Position numbers and translations under genes: made by a program
Part shown: positions 59,343 through 64,000 of the stretch, piece after piece
Position numbering within the stretch: position 1 is the stretch's first letter
Layout of the letters: each line of letters starts with the position of its first letter
DNA from: Candidatus Kaiserbacteria bacterium
Lineage (GTDB): Bacteria > Patescibacteriota > Minisyncoccia > Phycocordibacterales > Phycocordibacteraceae
DNA: 64,000 nt
Assembly (NCBI GenBank): GCA_963813065.1
Contig: CAWEXP010000010.1
Coordinates: 96,250 to 160,249, forward strand
Reading direction: 5' to 3'
The notes under the pieces: generated by a model
The model's database searches: none
The model's input: only the letters and a program-made list of their open reading frames with translations
Told to the model about the DNA's origin: nothing

Positions 59343-61591
59343 AAGTCTCCCGCGCGTGGTTGCAGAACTATTTTGATACGCCGCTTCCGAGCGTGGCGGA
59401 GATTGCCGATGCCTACACTTTTCACGCATTTGAAATAGAAGAAACCGATGGCGACGTGCTCGATGTAAAAGTGCTCCCGAATCGCGCGGCGGATTGCCTC
59501 TCAGTGCGCGGCTTGGCGAAAGAGCTCTCGGCCATTCTCAATATTCCGCTCAGGCACGATCCGCTCCGCGACCCTCTCTCCGCATTTCCGAAAACCAAAG
59601 AACTCACCGTCGCAATAGATGACCCGAAGAAATGCCTGCGCTACATGGGCGCGCTGGTGAAGGGCGTGCAGGTTGGCTCCTCGCCCGCGTGGCTTAAAGA
59701 AGCGCTTGAATCAGTCGGCCAGCGTTCAATCAACAACGTCGTCGACGCGACAAACTATGTGATGCTCAATCTCGGCCAGCCTCTGCACGCGTTCGATGCA
59801 GGGAAACTAGACGATTGTGTGCATGAAGGAAAGTACGGCATCGGCGTGCAGATGGGGTGGAACGATAGAGACTTCACGACGCTCTCGGGAGACACGGTGC
59901 CACTTTCTGACAACACACTCATTATTGTGGATGACAATTGTGGGACGCCGCTTGCCATTGCGGGCATCAAGGGCGGCAAAGCCGCTGAAGTCTCTGCGGA
60001 AACAAAAAACATCATCGTTGAGTCCGCGAATTTCGACGGCACTTTGGTGCGTCGCACCGCCCAAGCTTTGAAACTGTTTACCGATGCATCGCTCCGCTTC
60101 CAGAATCGCCCGTCGCCCGAGCTGGTGGCGTACGGCATGCGCGATGTACTTGCGCTTATCAAAGATATTGCGGGTGGGGAGGTGGTGGGCGTTGTTGACG
60201 AATACCCCAAGCCGGTTAAGCCCTACAAGACCGGCGTCTCGGCGAGCGAGATACACTCGCTTCTCGGTAGAGCATTTTCAGAAAAAGAAATCTCAGATGT
60301 TTTTGAACGATTGAACCTGCCTTTTGAACTCGTCGACCCGCTCCAGCGTATTCTCGACGTCGCGCAGACGCAGGTGGGCAAGCCCTATAAACACGGAGCA
60401 TCAGTGCTTCGCGATTCTCCTGACGCGTTCGACTGCTCCTCTCTCATTGCGTGGTGTTTCGCGCAGGCGGGCATCGGCGGCGTTCCGCGTATCTCGATTG
60501 ATCAATATGTCTGGAGCGATCCGATCGAAGAAAAAGATCTTGCGGCAGGTGACTTGATATTTTTCAGCACACCGACCAGCTATGTGTGGCACGAGTCGCA
60601 GGAATATCTGCCGGGGACAAAGGTGCCAGGCGGAATCAGCCACGTTGCGCTCGCGCTCGGTGACGGGAAGATGATTCATGCGCACGGCAAGGACGAACAT
60701 GCGGTTGTCATCCACGTCATCGCGGATTCACCGCGTCGAGGTGAGATTATCGGGTATCGTCGCCCCCGCGGACTCGGCGAAAAACGATTTGCAGTCACAG
60801 TCCCTTTCGAGCGCGTCGATCTGCGTATCAAAGAGGATTTGATAGAAGAAGTTGGTCGCATCCGCGGCTACGACACAATCCCCGCATCTGATGTAGGACT
60901 TACGAAACCCTACACGCCAGATCAAGCCAGATATAGAGGTATTGAGCGGATGAAGGACGAGCTCGTTGCGCAAGGATTTACGGAAGTTTCTACACAATCG
61001 TTTGCAAAAAAAGGCGACATCGCGCTTGCGAACCCACTCGACAAAGCGAAGCCGTTTCTCCGCACAACGCTGGAAGAAAACTTGAAAGAGGCCCTCGCCA
61101 AGGCCAAGCTATACGCGCCTCTCGTGCTCACGCCGGGCGAGAAGCCGAAACTTTTTGAAGTGGGGACGGTTTTCCCTAAGACAGGAGAATATATGGAATT
61201 GCGAACTACTGATGGTTCAGTCACGAATCTCTCAACACAAGAGATTGACGCTCCAGACTATGTGCCGGTGCGCTACGAGCTTGGGGCGTACAAGTCGTTT
61301 TCTGTCTACCCGTTCATCACCCGCGATATCGCATTTTGGGTTCCCGAGGGAACAACTGCCGATGTTGCAGGGGCCGCTCTCGACGATGTATTACGTACAA
61401 GCTCCTCCTTCAACCTCGCGATAAAAACGCAGATATGGCCACTCGACAAATACGAGAAGGATGGACGTACGTCTTTCGCGTTTCGAATCATTTTTCAACC
61501 AGTCGAAAAAACCCTTACTGATGAGGAGGTAAATACGGTGATGGATAAGATTTACGCGGTACTCAAGAACGAGGGTTTCGAGGTTCGCTAA
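59339..61591 (+). CDS. pheT: Phenylalanine-tRNA ligase beta subunit with inserted NlpC/P60 domain
   Basis: LPNRAADCLS.RG, INNVVDATNYVM...GQPLHAFD, DL.IKEDLIEEVGRI.GY, C-terminal FDX-ACB; insert at ~60338-60770. Confidence 0.95.
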   Translation: MKVSRAWLQNYFDTPLPSVAEIADAYTFHAFEIEETDGDVLDVKVLPNRAADCLSVRGLAKELSAILNIPLRHDPLRDPLSAFPKTKELTVAIDDPKKCLRYMGALVKGVQVGSSPAWLKEALESVGQRSINNVVDATNYVMLNLGQPLHAFDAGKLDDCVHEGKYGIGVQMGWNDRDFTTLSGDTVPLSDNTLIIVDDNCGTPLAIAGIKGGKAAEVSAETKNIIVESANFDGTLVRRTAQALKLFTDASLRFQNRPSPELVAYGMRDVLALIKDIAGGEVVGVVDEYPKPVKPYKTGVSASEIHSLLGRAFSEKEISDVFERLNLPFELVDPLQRILDVAQTQVGKPYKHGASVLRDSPDAFDCSSLIAWCFAQAGIGGVPRISIDQYVWSDPIEEKDLAAGDLIFFSTPTSYVWHESQEYLPGTKVPGGISHVALALGDGKMIHAHGKDEHAVVIHVIADSPRRGEIIGYRRPRGLGEKRFAVTVPFERVDLRIKEDLIEEVGRIRGYDTIPASDVGLTKPYTPDQARYRGIERMKDELVAQGFTEVSTQSFAKKGDIALANPLDKAKPFLRTTLEENLKEALAKAKLYAPLVLTPGEKPKLFEVGTVFPKTGEYMELRTTDGSVTNLSTQEIDAPDYVPVRYELGAYKSFSVYPFITRDIAFWVPEGTTADVAGAALDDVLRTSSSFNLAIKTQIWPLDKYEKDGRTSFAFRIIFQPVEKTLTDEEVNTVMDKIYAVLKNEGFEVR
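60891..60914. repeat. Family-B palindrome inside pheT
   Basis: atgtaggacttacgaaaccctaca, 23/24 to the reverse complement of repeat B; read as DVGLTKPY. Confidence 0.85.
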
Positions 61592-61592
61592 C

Positions 61593-62075
61593 ATGCCGGT
61601 GCCGTTTTATTCCCAGCATGCCGAGGACGTCCCCCTAGAGTGGCGCCACCGCGCGTGCGGTATCATTGCGCTTCGCATGGCGCTCGCACACTTTGGTAAA
61701 GAGGTGTCGCCCACGGAACTTATCGAGACCGGTGTCGCGACCGGCGCGTACGACCCGAAGTTTGGTTGGCGGCACGATGGTCTCATCGCGCTCGCGCAGA
61801 AGTGGGGCGTGAAGGCTGAGCGGAAAGAATTTAAGAAAAACCTCGAAGAGGGGAGTGTGTATCTTCGCGAGTCGCTCGCGAATGGCCAGGTCCCCATCGT
61901 CTCGCTCCGCGTCGAGGGCATAACTGACACGCACCTCGTCGCGCTCGTCGGCGCCGACGCAAACGGCTTCCTCTACAACGACCCCGCGCTCGACGCCACG
62001 ACCGGCTCGCATCTCGCTATCTCCAACGTCGACTTCCTCCGTCGCTGGCGCGCTCTCGCGATTTTCGTGGGATAA
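61593..62075 (+). CDS. Peptidase C39-like (papain-fold) protein
   Basis: VPFYSQ, ACGIIALRMAL, HLVALVG, YNDP. Confidence 0.85.
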   Translation: MPVPFYSQHAEDVPLEWRHRACGIIALRMALAHFGKEVSPTELIETGVATGAYDPKFGWRHDGLIALAQKWGVKAERKEFKKNLEEGSVYLRESLANGQVPIVSLRVEGITDTHLVALVGADANGFLYNDPALDATTGSHLAISNVDFLRRWRALAIFVG

Positions 62076-62130
62076 AAAAAGCGCCTGCGGTGAAGCAGGT
62101 CGACTTCTCCGCAGGCGCTTTTTTTATCCC
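62069..62130. terminator. Bidirectional intrinsic terminator
   Basis: gggataaaaaaagcgcctgcgg...ccgcaggcgctttttttatccc. Confidence 0.85.
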
Positions 62131-62171
62131 CAAAAGGGGTCGATTTGTGATACAATAGAGGGATAGTAGAT

Positions 62172-64000
62172 ATGGCGAAAAAGGCTGAAAATACGGAGCA
62201 GAAACGCGGCGCCAAGGGCGCCGCGGGGCATGCGTATGACGCTTCCTCGATTACCGTCCTCGAGGGCCTCGAGCCGGTGCGTAAGCGCCCCGGGATGTAC
62301 ATCGGCACGACCGGCCCCGATGGTCTCCATCACCTGATCTGGGAAATTTTCGACAACTCGCGCGACGAGGCGATGGGCGGCTTTGCGAATGATATTGAGG
62401 TTGCGCTCCTGCCCGGCGGCTACGTGCGCGTGGTCGACAATGGCCGCGGCATCCCGACCGGCATCCACCCGAAGACAAAAGTCTCCGCGCTCGAAACAAT
62501 CATGACGACGCTCCATGCCGGCGGTAAGTTCGGTGGCGCTGACTCGGGCTACAAGGTCTCGGGCGGCCTCCACGGCGTCGGCGCTTCGGTGGTGAACGCG
62601 CTCTCGACGCACACCAAGGTCACGGTCCATCACGATGGCGAAGCGTTCACACAGGAGTACAAAATCGGCAAGCCGGTCGCGAAGGTCAAGAAGATTGGTT
62701 CGAGCAAGCACCACGGCACCATCGTGCTCTTCAAGCCCGACGAAACCATCTTCACCGATGGCATCAATTGGGATTGGAACAAAATTGTTGCGCATCTGCG
62801 CCAGCAGGCCTACCTAGTGAAGGATCTCCGCGTCTCGATTCTCGATGCACGTGAGGATATCGGCGCGACCGACGAAGAGTGTTTCTATCTGCGCGAATTG
62901 CAACTCGATGTTCCTTCGATGACGTTCTACTTCGAAGGTGGGTTGAAGTCGCTGGTCGCGTTCTATAATCGCCACCAGACCGTCGTCCACAAAAATATTT
63001 TCTATGTTGATCACGAAGCCGAGGGCGTTGCGGTCGAGGTCGCGCTCCAATACATCGACGACATAACTCCAAGGATTCTCGCCTTCGCCAACAATACCTA
63101 CAACGCCGAGGGCGGCACGCACACCACCGGATTCAAGACGGCGCTCACGCGCTCGCTCAACACCTACGGCCGCTCGGCAAATATCTTGAAGGAGAAGGAT
63201 GAGAACTTCACTGGTGATGACGTGCTCGAGGGATTAACCGCGGTCATTTCGGTCAAGTTGCCCGAGATTCAATTCGAAGGACAGACTAAAGCGAAACTCG
63301 GCTCGGTCGAAGCGCAGTCTGCAGTCGCCACCGTGTTCGGCTCCGCCTTCGGCACCTTCCTCGAAGAGAATCCCGACGACGCCCGCGCCATCGTCAACAA
63401 AGTCTTACTCGCGCTGAAGGCACGCAAGGCCGCGAAGGCCGCGAAAGATTCAGTGCTTCGCAAGGGCGCACTCGAGGGCATGACGCTCCCGGGCAAGCTC
63501 GCTGACTGCCAGACCAAGAGCGCCGAGGAGTCCGAACTTTTCATCGTCGAGGGCGATTCGGCCGGTGGCACTGCCAAGACCGGTCGCGATCGACGCACGC
63601 AAGCGATTCTCCCCTTGCGCGGAAAGATTTTGAATATTGAACGCGCGCGCATCGACCGTATGATTGCCTCCGAGCAAATCAAGAATCTCGTCGTCGCGCT
63701 CGGCACCGCCATCGGCGACGTCTTCGACCTCTCGAAGCTTCGCTACCACAAGGTGATTATTGCTACCGACGCCGACGTCGACGGTGCGCACATCCGCACC
63801 CTGCTCTTGACCCTGCTCTATCGTCACTTCCGCCCCGTGATTGATGGCGGCTTTGTCTACATTGCCCAACCACCGCTCTACAAGATTACGAAAGGGAAGG
63901 CGACTGCCTACGCGTATTCTGATCCAGAAAAAGATGCCGCGCTGAAAGAGTTCGGCGTTGCGCCGACTGAGGTCGCGATTGTGGGCGAAGGCGACGAGGA
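62172..64000 (+). CDS. gyrB: DNA gyrase subunit B (3'-partial)
   Basis: Translated by hand: YDASSITVLEGLEPVRKRPGMYIG, SGGLHGVGASVVNALS, LPGKLADC, VEGDSAGG, PLRGKILN, TDADVDGAHI. Confidence 0.96.
   Translation, partial: MAKKAENTEQKRGAKGAAGHAYDASSITVLEGLEPVRKRPGMYIGTTGPDGLHHLIWEIFDNSRDEAMGGFANDIEVALLPGGYVRVVDNGRGIPTGIHPKTKVSALETIMTTLHAGGKFGGADSGYKVSGGLHGVGASVVNALSTHTKVTVHHDGEAFTQEYKIGKPVAKVKKIGSSKHHGTIVLFKPDETIFTDGINWDWNKIVAHLRQQAYLVKDLRVSILDAREDIGATDEECFYLRELQLDVPSMTFYFEGGLKSLVAFYNRHQTVVHKNIFYVDHEAEGVAVEVALQYIDDITPRILAFANNTYNAEGGTHTTGFKTALTRSLNTYGRSANILKEKDENFTGDDVLEGLTAVISVKLPEIQFEGQTKAKLGSVEAQSAVATVFGSAFGTFLEENPDDARAIVNKVLLALKARKAAKAAKDSVLRKGALEGMTLPGKLADCQTKSAEESELFIVEGDSAGGTAKTGRDRRTQAILPLRGKILNIERARIDRMIASEQIKNLVVALGTAIGDVFDLSKLRYHKVIIATDADVDGAHIRTLLLTLLYRHFRPVIDGGFVYIAQPPLYKITKGKATAYAYSDPEKDAALKEFGVAPTEVAIVGEGDE

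Noticed and set aside
62124-63869. Minus-strand ORFs over gyrB and similar long antisense ORFs elsewhere (e.g. 11720-12922, 8178-9170)
   Set aside because: Shadow frames of GC-rich genes with no recognisable motifs

Overview
Chromosomal window from a bacterium most consistent with Patescibacteria/CPR (Parcubacteria-like). This is an inference from the short EF-Ts, reduced PheS/PheT, leaderless promoters and Thr/Ser-rich giant surface proteins. It holds a surface-glycan cluster (1-10.3 kb), secA, obgE, gatB, a ~4,460-codon HTH-TM-fibre-S74 giant gene, a glycolysis/pentose-phosphate cluster, translation genes (rplY, rpmE2, prfA, rpsB, tsf, tRNA-Thr, pheS, pheT) and the start of gyrB. Many single-base frameshifts look like read/assembly errors. 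Most striking: (1) four HUH/Y1 (RAYT-like) transposase genes, each with its own short palindrome directly repeated at both gene ends and, in three of four, also inside the gene at the same protein loop, with cognate and related palindromes inserted into the coding sequence of housekeeping genes; (2) an intact NlpC/P60 domain inserted into PheT; (3) an orphan PemK/MazF gene with a predicted convergent antisense sRNA; (4) a four-helix-bundle + DGR-target-like cassette bracketed by a recoded duplicate of the secA 3' end; (5) an outer-membrane-beta-barrel-like gene pair sharing a structured leader.
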